Below are positions 9,115 through 18,793 of a stretch of 57,795 nt of DNA, piece after piece; positions within the stretch are counted from its first letter, which is position 1, and every line of letters starts with the position of its first letter. The notes under the pieces were generated by a model. It saw nothing but the letters and a program-made list of their open reading frames with translations. It was not told the origin of the DNA and searched no databases. The position numbers and the translations under genes were made by a program. This DNA comes from a virus (lineage: Duplodnaviria > Caudoviricetes), in IMG/VR virus record IMGVR_UViG_3300031857_000216, positions 1 through 57,795 of that record; one strand, written 5' to 3'.

Positions 9115-10338
9115 TTATCCGATCCAACCCGACCTGTAGTACACCTTCATGGACGCCGTACCGTTTACGGTACCCTCGTCAATGAAGCTGACGACGTTTG
9201 CTCCTGCTGCAAGAGTCAACCAGTCAACGAGCGTGTCAACGCGAGCGCGAGCGCCAAGCGTGATGCCGTTGAGCGCGACCTTGCGCTCGTAGGTGTCAAT
9301 CTCAAGAAAGTCGGCGTCTCGCGTAAGCGTGCCCGACGGGCTGATCGGCGTTTCAAGAAAGTCGGACTCGTCGGCAAGAAAGCTGGCCTTGTCATCGGCG
9401 GGAATGTCGCTGACCTGAAACGTGCCCGTCAGCGTCGAGGTCACGCCGGAAAGATCAATGAAGTCGCCAACCGCAAGCGTATGATTCGCCGACGTTGTGA
9501 TCGTCACCACTCCGCCAGTCGCAACGACGCTCGTGACCGAGCGGGTCTCTGACGCGCGCAGGGTATCGGTGATTGTGAATAGCTGATCCGTCGCATCGTT
9601 GTAGATCGTGGCGGGACCCGACGTTGGCCCGGTTACCTCGATGAAGATGGGCACGCTCGTGTTGCCGACGTTCGTGATTGTTCGCTCGCCGGTCTCCGGA
9701 GTCGAGTTATTCTTGGCGGGAATGATCTGGGTGTTGTAGCCCTCGTCGTCGCTCTCGTTCCACGAGTACTTGATCGGATCCGCGGCGCGCAGGCCGATCG
9801 AGAACTCGGTTCTTCCGCGCGCGTTGATTGTCGCGATCTCCGGGCGACCGCTGAGGCGAACGTATGCCGCGCGTGTTGGGTTCTCGCGCGTCTTGAGCCA
9901 GGCTCCTGTGTAGACGAGGCTGGTGGCGCGGACGAGAGTGTCACGCGCCGCGGGCAGGTATTCGGGGTCAGGTGGAAGAATCACACCGTTGAGCGTGATC
10001 TGACGTGCCTGCCAGCGGCCGCGAGCATCATATGAGCCATCGCTCCAGCCGCGGTCAACATCGGGGATCTCTGGGTCTGGGTGAACCCACCAGCCCTCGA
10101 TGTCCGTGCACACCCAGATGACGTTGTTGTCATCGATGCGGTTGAGAGTTAGGTCACCGATGCTGACATCCTCCTGCAGCTTCATGCCGGTAAACACCGG
10201 CGGCGGGAGCGGCGTTAGCGATCGGCGTACCTTGGTATGCTCGCCGTCCTGCCCCTGCGGATCGAGGAACGCGCCGGCGCCGTACGCACCGGCGCCGTAG
10301 AGCGCCGTGCCGTACACTGGGTCGTATGGTGCTGGCAT
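9115..10338 (-). CDS. distal tail (Dit-like) minor tail protein
   Basis: IEGWW, ARQITLNG, LRAADPIKY, TNVGN..P.IEVTGP and WLTL..G.N...Y.SGW pattern typical of siphophage tail proteins. Confidence 0.75.
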   Translation of the reverse strand: MPAPYDPVYGTALYGAGAYGAGAFLDPQGQDGEHTKVRRSLTPLPPPVFTGMKLQEDVSIGDLTLNRIDDNNVIWVCTDIEGWWVHPDPEIPDVDRGWSDGSYDARGRWQARQITLNGVILPPDPEYLPAARDTLVRATSLVYTGAWLKTRENPTRAAYVRLSGRPEIATINARGRTEFSIGLRAADPIKYSWNESDDEGYNTQIIPAKNNSTPETGERTITNVGNTSVPIFIEVTGPTSGPATIYNDATDQLFTITDTLRASETRSVTSVVATGGVVTITTSANHTLAVGDFIDLSGVTSTLTGTFQVSDIPADDKASFLADESDFLETPISPSGTLTRDADFLEIDTYERKVALNGITLGARARVDTLVDWLTLAAGANVVSFIDEGTVNGTASMKVYYRSGWIG

Positions 10339-10369
10339 CTTCTATTCCTCTATGTCCTGGCTAGCTTGG

Positions 10370-11401
10370 TCAGGCGCTTGCCATGATCTCCCACGCGGTG
10401 CCGTTTGACACGAGCGTGGCCCAGGCTCCGTCCGTCGCGGGAAGAATCGCCGTGCCAGCGGAACCACCAATGCGCGGAATGACGTTTGACGCGTTGGAGA
10501 CAACGGTCTGCGCCTGGATCGTTCTAAACATAAGCTCGCGGCCCGTCCACGATGCAGCTGCCGGCAGAGTCACCGTCACCGTACCGGCGCGGTTGGCGAT
10601 GATCCAGTTGTCCGTGTCAAGAACCGTGTACGTCGCGTCCGTCGTGGTTACCGGCGCGCCACGGCCAAATGATCCGGTGATGTCAACCGTGTTTACCGGC
10701 GCCACCGTCGAGCCAACTCGCGTCTTACCGGCGAGTGCGTTCTGCGCCGTTCCCGCCATGTAGAGGTTCCACATGTTCGCCGCCGCGGCGATTCCACCGT
10801 AGAAGCCATAGTCGTTCGTGGCGCCCGTAAGCGTGGAGTCGACGTAGAAGCCATACTGATTTGTCACCGTCGCACTGGCGCCCTTCGTGCCCTGAACGGC
10901 GCGGAAGTGAATAAGGTCCGTAAGCGTGAATGATGCGTTCTGCACCGCGATCGACGTCGCGACGCCGATGGCCGCGGTGGTCACACCGGACTGAACCTCA
11001 CCGTTGGCGAACACCGCGTACGAGGTGGTCGCGCCGGAGATGTTGCGATTCACGCCGAAGTTCACCCCGGCCGCGGCGGCCGTACCGACGCTGATTGACG
11101 TGCTTGAAATGAACGCGCCGGTGATGGTAATGGTGTTGGTCGTAAGCGAGTTCGTCAGCGTCGCGCCTGAGACGCTAAGACTGCTGAGCGTGCCGATCGT
11201 CGTCAAGCTCGAGGTCACGACGGTCGCAGGAAGCGTGGTCCCAACCAGCCCGCTGGCAAGTGCCTTGGTCGCGGGAATGCTCGACGGGCTTTGGTATGTG
11301 AAGCGGACGTCGATCGCGTCAATCGCTTCGTTCAGCACTGTGCCCCAGCCGGTGTCTCCGTTGTCCGGCAGTGGTGTTGTTCCATCAATAAGTGTTGCCA
11401 T
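10370..11401 (-). CDS. tail fiber / minor tail protein
   Basis: N-terminal LPDNGDTGWG..LN anchor motif, Thr/Ala/Gly-rich beta sequence, C-terminal TLPAA..GR domain. Confidence 0.65.
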   Translation of the reverse strand: MATLIDGTTPLPDNGDTGWGTVLNEAIDAIDVRFTYQSPSSIPATKALASGLVGTTLPATVVTSSLTTIGTLSSLSVSGATLTNSLTTNTITITGAFISSTSISVGTAAAAGVNFGVNRNISGATTSYAVFANGEVQSGVTTAAIGVATSIAVQNASFTLTDLIHFRAVQGTKGASATVTNQYGFYVDSTLTGATNDYGFYGGIAAAANMWNLYMAGTAQNALAGKTRVGSTVAPVNTVDITGSFGRGAPVTTTDATYTVLDTDNWIIANRAGTVTVTLPAAASWTGRELMFRTIQAQTVVSNASNVIPRIGGSAGTAILPATDGAWATLVSNGTAWEIMASA

Positions 11402-11432
11402 TGTGTTCTCCGTTGTGAATCCTTATCATAAC

Positions 11433-14400
11433 CTACGCCGCACCCTTGCGAAGCTCGAAGGCGATTTGGCGATTTACAAGTGCGGCAAGCTCGACCTCGT
11501 CCATGCCAGGCGACGGGAAGATGTTGAACGTTGCACCGGCGGCTCCGCCGGTGAACATCTTGATCATCGCCTTGTCGCGCTTCGACAGGCCGTCCGGGTC
11601 CAGCGGCTCGACGCGCTCAGGCTTGCCCGCCTCGGCGATGGTGACGAGTGCGCCGCCACGCTGCGGCATAACTGTTCCGCCGAGTGCCATTCGGAATCCG
11701 GTCGATACCGAGCCGCGCGCTGAAGGCTTGGGAGGAGTCTTACCGGAGAAGTCAATCTCCGGAATCTTTGGAATGCTCTTACCACCAACAAACGGAATCC
11801 AGCTCGGGATCGTGAAGCTCGCAATAGTGTTGTTCCAGAACTTGATGATTTGGTTGAGTGGCCACGCAAAGATCTGAAGAATGCCCTTCGCGAGGCTCGC
11901 GATGCCGTCGACCCATCCGCCAAACGCCTTCTTCATTCCGTCAAGGAATCCCTTGAAGTCTCCCGTAAGAAGCTTGAACAACGCCTTGAACACCTCGAAC
12001 GGCGTCATCATAATCTTAATGATTCCCGCAATGATGCGGATGGCGCCGCCGATGGCGTTTGCTAGGTTCGTGATCAGGTTCACAAGAATAAACTCGACAA
12101 CGGGCATGACGTACTTTGCGAACTGATCGCCAAGCCAGCCAAAGATCTCGCCAAGTTTTTGGAACACTCCGCCAAGACCATCAACACCCGGCATGACGTC
12201 CTTGATCGCCTGGTTGATAATGTCAAAGGCGTTTCTCAGCGCGCCGCCAACCGCGTCAATAAGCTTGCTGACCGCCTCGCGAAGCTTCTCGCTATTGGCG
12301 TACATCAACGCAAAGATCGCGACGGCCGCGGCGATCGCACCGATAATGATCCAAATAGGCCCTGTTGCGATTCCTAGCACACCTGCCAGTGCACCGACAC
12401 CCGTCTTTAGTAGACCAAATCCCTTACCCAAGAACTTAAGCGCGTCAAAAAGCTTGCCCACGTATCCGGCCAGTGTTAGGAATGCAAACTTACCGATGCT
12501 AAACATAAGCTGCCCGGCCTTGACGAAGGCAAGCTGCGCACCGACGAAGAGGACGATCTTCTGAATCAGCGGATTGCTAAAGATTGCCGTAAGAACGTCA
12601 AGGCCAAAGTTTAGCGCCGTAAAGAAGTTGTTGATTGACTCGCTTTCGGCAAAGATCGCGAGGAAGTCAACAAACTTATCTACGAACTCACCAAGCGCCG
12701 GCGCGCCGTCCATGAGGCGATCCATCGCGTCGCCGATTGTGGAGAAGATCCCGCTAAGCTTACCCGCGGTCTCTCCGATCGCGGGGTTGTCGCCAAGTGC
12801 GATGAACTCGTAGCCAAGCTCGCTGACAAGACCGCCGAGCGCGATTACGTTGTCGGCAACGTCGTTGAAGAACTGCTCAAGGCGGCCGCTTTGTTCAAGC
12901 CTTGCGGTGAACTCGTCAAACTTTTCCGTAGCGCCCTCAAACGCGTTGAGCAGCTTCTCTCCACCGCTACCTGGCCCGGCGGCCGCGCGACCGATGTTAC
13001 CAAGCGCCTCCCAGATGTTCCTAAACACGCGACCAAGCTGCGCGGCAACGTCACCGGACTTGTTGAACATCTCCGTAAGCTCACCGGAGGCGTTTCTTGC
13101 CTCGATCGTCTCCGCACGTGTCTTCGCAAGAACGGACAGCCAGTCCGTGAATCGGCGAATCAGCGGGTCGGCCGCGGCAACGAGCGACTGGAAGATGCTG
13201 ACGAGGTTTCCAACAAACGGCCCAAGCTTGCGAATTGTGTCAAGGTTTGTGTTCGCAATCTTGTTGAAGTTCTTTAGGTTAGCCTCAGACGTGATGATCT
13301 TTGAGAACTCGTCGGCGGTGTAGCCAAACGCGTCGCCCGTCGCCCTTAGAACCGGGATAAGAGCCGGAAAGAACTTGTCAACCATTCGCTGGATTGACGC
13401 CTCGAGCTGCGGAAACAGCTTTTCGCCGGCGGCATCGCGAAGCTCCTTGACGCGCGGCTTGAGGCTGACGATGAACTTAGCAAAGCGCTGTGCCTCCTTC
13501 GACAGCTTCTCCATTGGATCCTCGGCCGCGGCGCCACCGCTACCTCGCCCCTCACGCGCATCGTTGAGTGCCTTGTACGCCTTTGCAAGAGCGATCAGCG
13601 CCTTCTGCTGCTCCTTCTGCGCCTCGAGCAGCTGCTCCTCCGCGCTAAGCACCTCCTCGGATCCATCAATGCCCGCGGCGTTGCGGCGCTCGGTTTCCTC
13701 GGCAAGATCGGAGTTGCGGTCGATCGCGCGACGATAGTTGAGGTCAGCCTCGGCAAACGCAAGCTCGGCCTCCCGGCGTGCCCTGCTGTTTGGTGGCAGG
13801 TCCTGCACGCGGGCAAGCGTTGCGCGCGCGTCCTCAAGAGCAAGTGAGGCGCGCTGCTGGCTGATCGCCGCGTCCTCGGCCTCGAAGTTGAGCTGCTGAA
13901 GACTCTCACGAGCGGCGTCCTGCGCACGACGCAGGTTCTCAAGCGCATCGGTGACGCGCTTGTCAGCGCCCGCTACGCGCTCCTGCGCGGCGGCGTACGC
14001 CTCGAGTAGTCCCGGCATTCGGTCAACGCCGGAGCTCTTCCGTGCCTTGCCAAGAGACTTGATCGCCTCACCCATTCCGCCGAACGCGAGCTTGACGGTA
14101 AGAGCAACCTGACCAATTGCAGACAAAAGTCCCGGCAGAACGATAAGTGACGGCAGTGCAGCCGCAACCTGCGCCGTAAGAGCAACTAGGCCGCTGACAA
14201 GCGACGAGATCGCTCCGGCCGCGACTGAGATTGCCGGACCAAGGAAGTAGCCTTGGGTGACCATGCGCCTAAACGCATCAGCCGCCGCGTCCGCCTCCCT
14301 GCGGAACTGAGAAAAGTTTCTTGAGCCTCCGGAGGAGAAGCCCTTTGAGAATGCGTTTCCAAGCCTGGAGCCAAGCGACTTGGTATCAACGTCCTTGAGC

Positions 14401-14474
14401 CCGTTCTCGACGTCCTTCTGAAAGCCCGTGGTGATTGCACGGACAATGATCTGAGCCTCGCCTACAACAGCCAC
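11433..14474 (-). CDS. tape measure protein
   Basis: 1013 aa, helical and Ala/Gly-rich with hydrophobic segments. N-terminal VVGEA.I.VRA, C-terminal MALGG...AEAG.PE. Follows the tail assembly chaperones. Confidence 0.9.
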   Translation of the reverse strand: MAVVGEAQIIVRAITTGFQKDVENGLKDVDTKSLGSRLGNAFSKGFSSGGSRNFSQFRREADAAADAFRRMVTQGYFLGPAISVAAGAISSLVSGLVALTAQVAAALPSLIVLPGLLSAIGQVALTVKLAFGGMGEAIKSLGKARKSSGVDRMPGLLEAYAAAQERVAGADKRVTDALENLRRAQDAARESLQQLNFEAEDAAISQQRASLALEDARATLARVQDLPPNSRARREAELAFAEADLNYRRAIDRNSDLAEETERRNAAGIDGSEEVLSAEEQLLEAQKEQQKALIALAKAYKALNDAREGRGSGGAAAEDPMEKLSKEAQRFAKFIVSLKPRVKELRDAAGEKLFPQLEASIQRMVDKFFPALIPVLRATGDAFGYTADEFSKIITSEANLKNFNKIANTNLDTIRKLGPFVGNLVSIFQSLVAAADPLIRRFTDWLSVLAKTRAETIEARNASGELTEMFNKSGDVAAQLGRVFRNIWEALGNIGRAAAGPGSGGEKLLNAFEGATEKFDEFTARLEQSGRLEQFFNDVADNVIALGGLVSELGYEFIALGDNPAIGETAGKLSGIFSTIGDAMDRLMDGAPALGEFVDKFVDFLAIFAESESINNFFTALNFGLDVLTAIFSNPLIQKIVLFVGAQLAFVKAGQLMFSIGKFAFLTLAGYVGKLFDALKFLGKGFGLLKTGVGALAGVLGIATGPIWIIIGAIAAAVAIFALMYANSEKLREAVSKLIDAVGGALRNAFDIINQAIKDVMPGVDGLGGVFQKLGEIFGWLGDQFAKYVMPVVEFILVNLITNLANAIGGAIRIIAGIIKIMMTPFEVFKALFKLLTGDFKGFLDGMKKAFGGWVDGIASLAKGILQIFAWPLNQIIKFWNNTIASFTIPSWIPFVGGKSIPKIPEIDFSGKTPPKPSARGSVSTGFRMALGGTVMPQRGGALVTIAEAGKPERVEPLDPDGLSKRDKAMIKMFTGGAAGATFNIFPSPGMDEVELAALVNRQIAFELRKGAA

Positions 14475-14525
14475 GTACAGTCACCTCCTTCAGCTACGTC
14501 GTAGATCATTCTACATCAGTTGGAG

Positions 14526-14965
14526 CTACCCTAGCGGGGCGTCTAGAGCCCTGCCAAAGGGTAGAGTCGCGTCGGGATTTAGGTCCGTCGGCGGAAAATA
14601 TGGCTTGGGGACGTTTGACTTCTGGAACGGGTCAATCGGCGTTGGTGCGTCGCCGATGTCGTCGTCTAGCGGCGGATCAAGATTGTCAAGGCCACGAGAC
14701 CCAGACGACGACGTCTCCATCGCGTACCGATACTCGCGACCGTACATCTTTGAGTACAGCAGGCCACGCATCTTCTCTCGTGCCTCGAGCTGCTCGCCCG
14801 TCTCCATCGACGACGTGTTCTCCTCAAACATGTAGTGAAGAACGTCGACCATGTCTGACATGCTCAGCTCCTCGAGCCGAACACCTGACATTATTGCCTT
14901 GCCGTTGACATACGGCCAGAGGTCTACTCCCCAGTCTGTGAGTCCTCTGGCCGTGTCGTAGGGCG
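14526..14965 (-). CDS. tail assembly chaperone, frameshift extension (gpGT-like)
   Basis: ORF overlaps the gpG-like gene in the -1 frame, has no convincing start of its own, and lies directly before the tape measure gene. Confidence 0.7.
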
Positions 14966-15274
14966 GTTGGTGTACTGCTCCACGAGCCAACCGGTGATCT
15001 CGCCGAGAGTCTCAACGGTGACAATCGTGTCTGGGTCCTTGATCAACTTGTCAAAGTTTGCGTAGCTCTCCGGAAGAAGAACCGCCGAGAAGAACTCGTC
15101 AATAACCTCAGCGCTTGCGGCGGGGTTGTTCTCGTCGGCCGACTTGCGAACCATGTCGAGAAGCACCTTTCCTTGAAGCTCGGGACGGCAGGAGAACTCC
15201 TCGCCGTGAAGCTTGAAAACGATAGGATCTGTAAGCTTCTCGCCGCCAGTCCCAAAGTCCTTGAATCGTGTCAT
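14924..15274 (-). CDS. tail assembly chaperone (gpG-like)
   Basis: FKLHGEEF...WLVEQYTNRPT; position before the tape measure gene. Confidence 0.8.
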   Translation of the reverse strand: MTRFKDFGTGGEKLTDPIVFKLHGEEFSCRPELQGKVLLDMVRKSADENNPAASAEVIDEFFSAVLLPESYANFDKLIKDPDTIVTVETLGEITGWLVEQYTNRPTTRPEDSQTGE

Positions 15275-15355
15275 CGTAATCTCCTAATATCTTACGAACG
15301 GTGTCGTCTGTCGCTTGCGTCTCTGATCATAACACGAAAAGTGAAGATAGTGGCT

Positions 15356-15760
15356 CTAAGTAAGCATCAACCACATGTTGTCTGAGAGGTATCTGTTCGG
15401 CCTCGTTCCAGGGTGCATAACCTCACGTGAGTAGACCACGCGTGTTCCGCGCGTGAATCTCATGACCTCGCCGCCGCCGCGGGTAATCAGGTGCGGTCGC
15501 GTGCCCTCGTGGTGAATATAGGCATGCGGAACGTACGCGCCGACGGTTACCTTCTGCCCATACGTTGCTCGCTCGTGATCGACGCGAATAGACGAGCGGA
15601 GCTGTCCGGTTCTCATCCCGGCCTGGAGAATAGCGGCGCTTTGCACGCGTACCGCCCTCGCCTTTAGGTGACGACCGAGCGTGCCGCCCGGGTTTTTCAG
15701 CGCGTAGTCCATACCCGCTGGGTAGGCTACGAAGTTTGAGAACTGAATGTCGAAGCTCAT
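15356..15760 (-). CDS. HK97 gp10-like neck/tail completion protein
   Basis: RTGQLRSSI, HA.IHHEGTRPH.I and VMHPGT.PN.YL motifs. Confidence 0.75.
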   Translation of the reverse strand: MSFDIQFSNFVAYPAGMDYALKNPGGTLGRHLKARAVRVQSAAILQAGMRTGQLRSSIRVDHERATYGQKVTVGAYVPHAYIHHEGTRPHLITRGGGEVMRFTRGTRVVYSREVMHPGTRPNRYLSDNMWLMLT

Positions 15761-16260
15761 GGGATCGCCATCGTAAGCTGCATATTGACCGTCTGGAACC
15801 CACCCTCCGGAGACGGAATGTCAGCCGTCGCGATTACGCCAACGCCATAGCCGCCAGGCTCCCACATGTCCAGTAGATTCAATGACTGCATCAAGACGTA
15901 CGCGTCGATCGCCGAGATCTTTGCGGCGTCCTCGATCTTGTCCGCTGTCGGCGGGCGGCCGTTCTGCCCAACGGTTGGGATCTCTCTCGAGATCGACACC
16001 GTCATCACGGCGGTGCGGGCGGTGTTGCAGCGCATTGGAGCCGACGCCTGATCGCCGGGAGGGCCAAGGTAGATCTGTACAAGCGTTACAACGAGCTGCT
16101 CGCAGTCAATGGCCTGCTGGCCGACCGTCCAGTATTGGCGATTTGGCAGCGGAACGTTGTAGGAGTTGAACGTCGAGACGACGCGCTGAAGAACGCCATC
16201 GAGAAGACTGATGGCGTTGAGAGCTTCCTCGTCGACGTTGCTGATGTCTACAATTGCCAT
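15757..16260 (-). CDS. head-tail joining / tail terminator-like protein
   Basis: Position between adaptor and neck genes; DCEQL.V and P.GG motifs; ATGA coupling to the next gene. Confidence 0.6.
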   Translation of the reverse strand: MAIVDISNVDEEALNAISLLDGVLQRVVSTFNSYNVPLPNRQYWTVGQQAIDCEQLVVTLVQIYLGPPGDQASAPMRCNTARTAVMTVSISREIPTVGQNGRPPTADKIEDAAKISAIDAYVLMQSLNLLDMWEPGGYGVGVIATADIPSPEGGFQTVNMQLTMAIP

Positions 16261-16266
16261 TTGTCG

Positions 16267-17637
16267 CTATCCACCAATCGTGTATGCGCTGATCACCGAG
16301 GACACGAGCGATACCTTGAGGTTTCCAGATCCGATATACACGGTTTCTACCTCAGAACCATTGTCGCGCTGCGCGTAGAGGTCATACGTGCCCGGGTCAA
16401 CCTTACCGATCGTCGTTAGAACGTTTTCGTAGGTGAGTGTGATCGTGATTCGATCATCTCCGTCGGCGGCGACGTTTCCTGTGTCAGCGGCAAACACAAC
16501 GTTTGACGCAGTCCTCTCGTACGAGATCTTATTCTGCGAGAGAATGACGTTGGAGATCGTGTAGGTGCCGTCAAACGTTCCGTCGACGCCCGTAACCTCA
16601 ATCTCCGCGCCGATTGTGAAGCCCTCGGCATCCTCAAGAGTGAGTGTGGCGATGTTATCTGTAAGTTCCTTACCTACGACCTCGCCAAACGTCGCTGTTG
16701 GGTCGTATGTCTCGGTGCAATCATTCACCGTTACCGACGCCGACTCGGCGTAGTTGCGGACGATGACGTAGGGTTCCCACCCAAGCTCCTCAGTCAGGAA
16801 CTCCGCGTTGATGTCGCGCAGAGCGATGTCAACCGACCCCTCTCCGCCAGCCTTGACCGACAGATCTAGGATGCTTGCCTGCAGCCTGGGCGCCTTCGGC
16901 GTGTAGCGACGGCCGCGCGGAACGTCGGGAGTAAACACGCGTGCTCGTGCGCGTGCCTTGTCGGGGTTGACCGACTTAAGAAAGAGGTCGATCTCGTAGA
17001 GACCGGTGCGCATATCGTCGATGAAGTCCTGCGAGTCCAGCAACGTGTAGGACACGCCCTGCCGGGAGATTGACGTGACGCGCTGTGGAAGCTGGCAGTC
17101 ATCGTCACCGTTCCACAGCTTCGCGAACTCCATCGCGAGCTTTCGCGCGGCCATCTTGCCGAGGGTTGGCGGCTCGATGCCGTACGTGTAGGTCACCTCG
17201 ATGTCGCACGGCGTCCAGCGCGATCCTGCGGTTGCCTGGATCGTCGAGTGGTCGACGAGGTAGTAGCTGTTGGGGTTCACTACCGCGCCTGAGCGGTTGC
17301 GGATCGTGTGAATCTTTTGTACCGGACGACCGCGAAGGCGAAGACGGGACTGGGGAGAGAGGCCGTCCGTTGTTACCGCCGTGTAGGAGTCCATGTCGGT
17401 GTAGGGAATGTTGTAGATGTCGCCAAGCACAAGCTCGGCCTTGTTGTTCCGAACCGACGGGCCGTAGCGGTACGAGAGGGTAGCGCAGACATAGCGCTCG
17501 GTTACCGTCGTGACTCCGCTGTACTTTCTGCCGGAAAGTGCCCAAAGAATGTTTGAGGCAGACTTTGCGGCCTCATAGGCGAACTCGGTCTCGACGTACT
17601 CACCGAGCTCCTCAGGAGTAATCCACAGATTAGACAT
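16267..17637 (-). CDS. head-to-tail adaptor with C-terminal extra beta domain
   Basis: AS.ILWALSGR.Y, YTYG..PP, C.LPQRVTSISRQGVS and TGL.EIDLF...NP, typical of actinophage adaptors. Confidence 0.75.
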   Translation of the reverse strand: MSNLWITPEELGEYVETEFAYEAAKSASNILWALSGRKYSGVTTVTERYVCATLSYRYGPSVRNNKAELVLGDIYNIPYTDMDSYTAVTTDGLSPQSRLRLRGRPVQKIHTIRNRSGAVVNPNSYYLVDHSTIQATAGSRWTPCDIEVTYTYGIEPPTLGKMAARKLAMEFAKLWNGDDDCQLPQRVTSISRQGVSYTLLDSQDFIDDMRTGLYEIDLFLKSVNPDKARARARVFTPDVPRGRRYTPKAPRLQASILDLSVKAGGEGSVDIALRDINAEFLTEELGWEPYVIVRNYAESASVTVNDCTETYDPTATFGEVVGKELTDNIATLTLEDAEGFTIGAEIEVTGVDGTFDGTYTISNVILSQNKISYERTASNVVFAADTGNVAADGDDRITITLTYENVLTTIGKVDPGTYDLYAQRDNGSEVETVYIGSGNLKVSLVSSVISAYTIGG

Positions 17638-17666
17638 CTATCTCTCGTTTCGCGATCTAAATAGCC

Positions 17667-17714
17667 GTGAGCGGCGCACCTGTATGTATTCTATACAATA
17701 GATGCGCCGCCCAC
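17667..17714 (-). terminator. 15-bp RNA hairpin after the major tail gene, with a TAGAAT -10 element in its loop
   Basis: GUGGGCGGCGCAUCU/AGGUGCGCCGCUCAC pairs fully, using G-U wobbles only on the minus strand. Confidence 0.6.
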
Positions 17715-17732
17715 AAACTGGCTACTAGGTTG

Positions 17733-18779
17733 TCAGGATGTCGGATCTTCAGTCGATGCGATGATGAAGTCGATGTCCTCGTCCTCGTTGTAGTTGATGT
17801 TACCAGGAGTGTTGTACGCCGTGGTCGAGCCCTGCGAGAGGAAGTCCTCAACGTCGCGGCTGTTGGCCTCGACGAATGCCGTACCGGAGTCCGCCGTCGA
17901 CGAGATGTTGCCGCTCGTCGTGGTGGTGTAGGTGAACTGGTCGGTCGCCGGCGTTGTGGCAATTGTGTACGTCCCGTTGAGCGCCGTGGTGGTCAGACCA
18001 GAGACAACGACGGTGTCGCCAGGCTCGAAGTTGTGGGCTGCTGTGGTGTCCACGGTCGCGGTCGAGCTTGTGCGAGCAACGTTGTCGATCGTCGCGGTGA
18101 GGTCGCCGTGCCAGGTGTAGAAGCCCTTGCGACCGGTCGGCGCCCACGAGGAACGGGCGTACGAGTACGGACGCTCGGTGGCCACCGGGAACTCCCAGCG
18201 ATCGTCAAGGCCGTTGTTGAATGTGACGTTTCCGAGGCTGTAGCCCTCGAAGGTGCTCGCAAGCATTCCGTTCTCAATCACGCGATCGCCCGACTGACGA
18301 AGACGGCAGAAGGGGAAGACCCAGTGGAAGTAGGGAAGTGTCGCGGCACGCTTGCCGTCCTTGACGGCGAACGACCAAACCTCGATGGCTACGCCGTTAC
18401 CGGCCGGGTCATCGCCAACCGCGGGGGCGGCCCAGCCGATGCTCTTGCGGTCAGGCGCGGCGAAGGTGCCGAGGTTTTTGCGAAGCAGGAGACCGCCCGA
18501 CAGGAGCTGGCTGAGCTCCGGGTCGGGCTCGCAGATCGCGAGCTCCATGGTCACGCGCTTCATGGTGTCGGGTGCCTTGTACGAAACGCAGATGGTGCCG
18601 TTCGCGGACTTCTCCACGATTTCGTCGCCTTCCTCGTACTCCGGCGTAAACGACACGCGCATGAACGCTGATGTCGTGTAGCTGTCGCCGGGATCGTTGA
18701 GCAGCGTCCCAGCGGCGTCAAGACGTGTCACGCGAATTGACACTCCCTGAATGCTTGCTGCGTAGTCTTGGGTTGACAT
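17733..18779 (-). CDS. major tail protein with C-terminal accessory domain
   Basis: IRVTRLD..G, EYEEGDEI..K.ANG..C, C.PDP.L and Y.HWVFP motifs of actinophage tail tube proteins. Confidence 0.85.
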   Translation of the reverse strand: MSTQDYAASIQGVSIRVTRLDAAGTLLNDPGDSYTTSAFMRVSFTPEYEEGDEIVEKSANGTICVSYKAPDTMKRVTMELAICEPDPELSQLLSGGLLLRKNLGTFAAPDRKSIGWAAPAVGDDPAGNGVAIEVWSFAVKDGKRAATLPYFHWVFPFCRLRQSGDRVIENGMLASTFEGYSLGNVTFNNGLDDRWEFPVATERPYSYARSSWAPTGRKGFYTWHGDLTATIDNVARTSSTATVDTTAAHNFEPGDTVVVSGLTTTALNGTYTIATTPATDQFTYTTTTSGNISSTADSGTAFVEANSRDVEDFLSQGSTTAYNTPGNINYNEDEDIDFIIASTEDPTS

Positions 18780-18793
18780 TGGAACTTTTCTCC

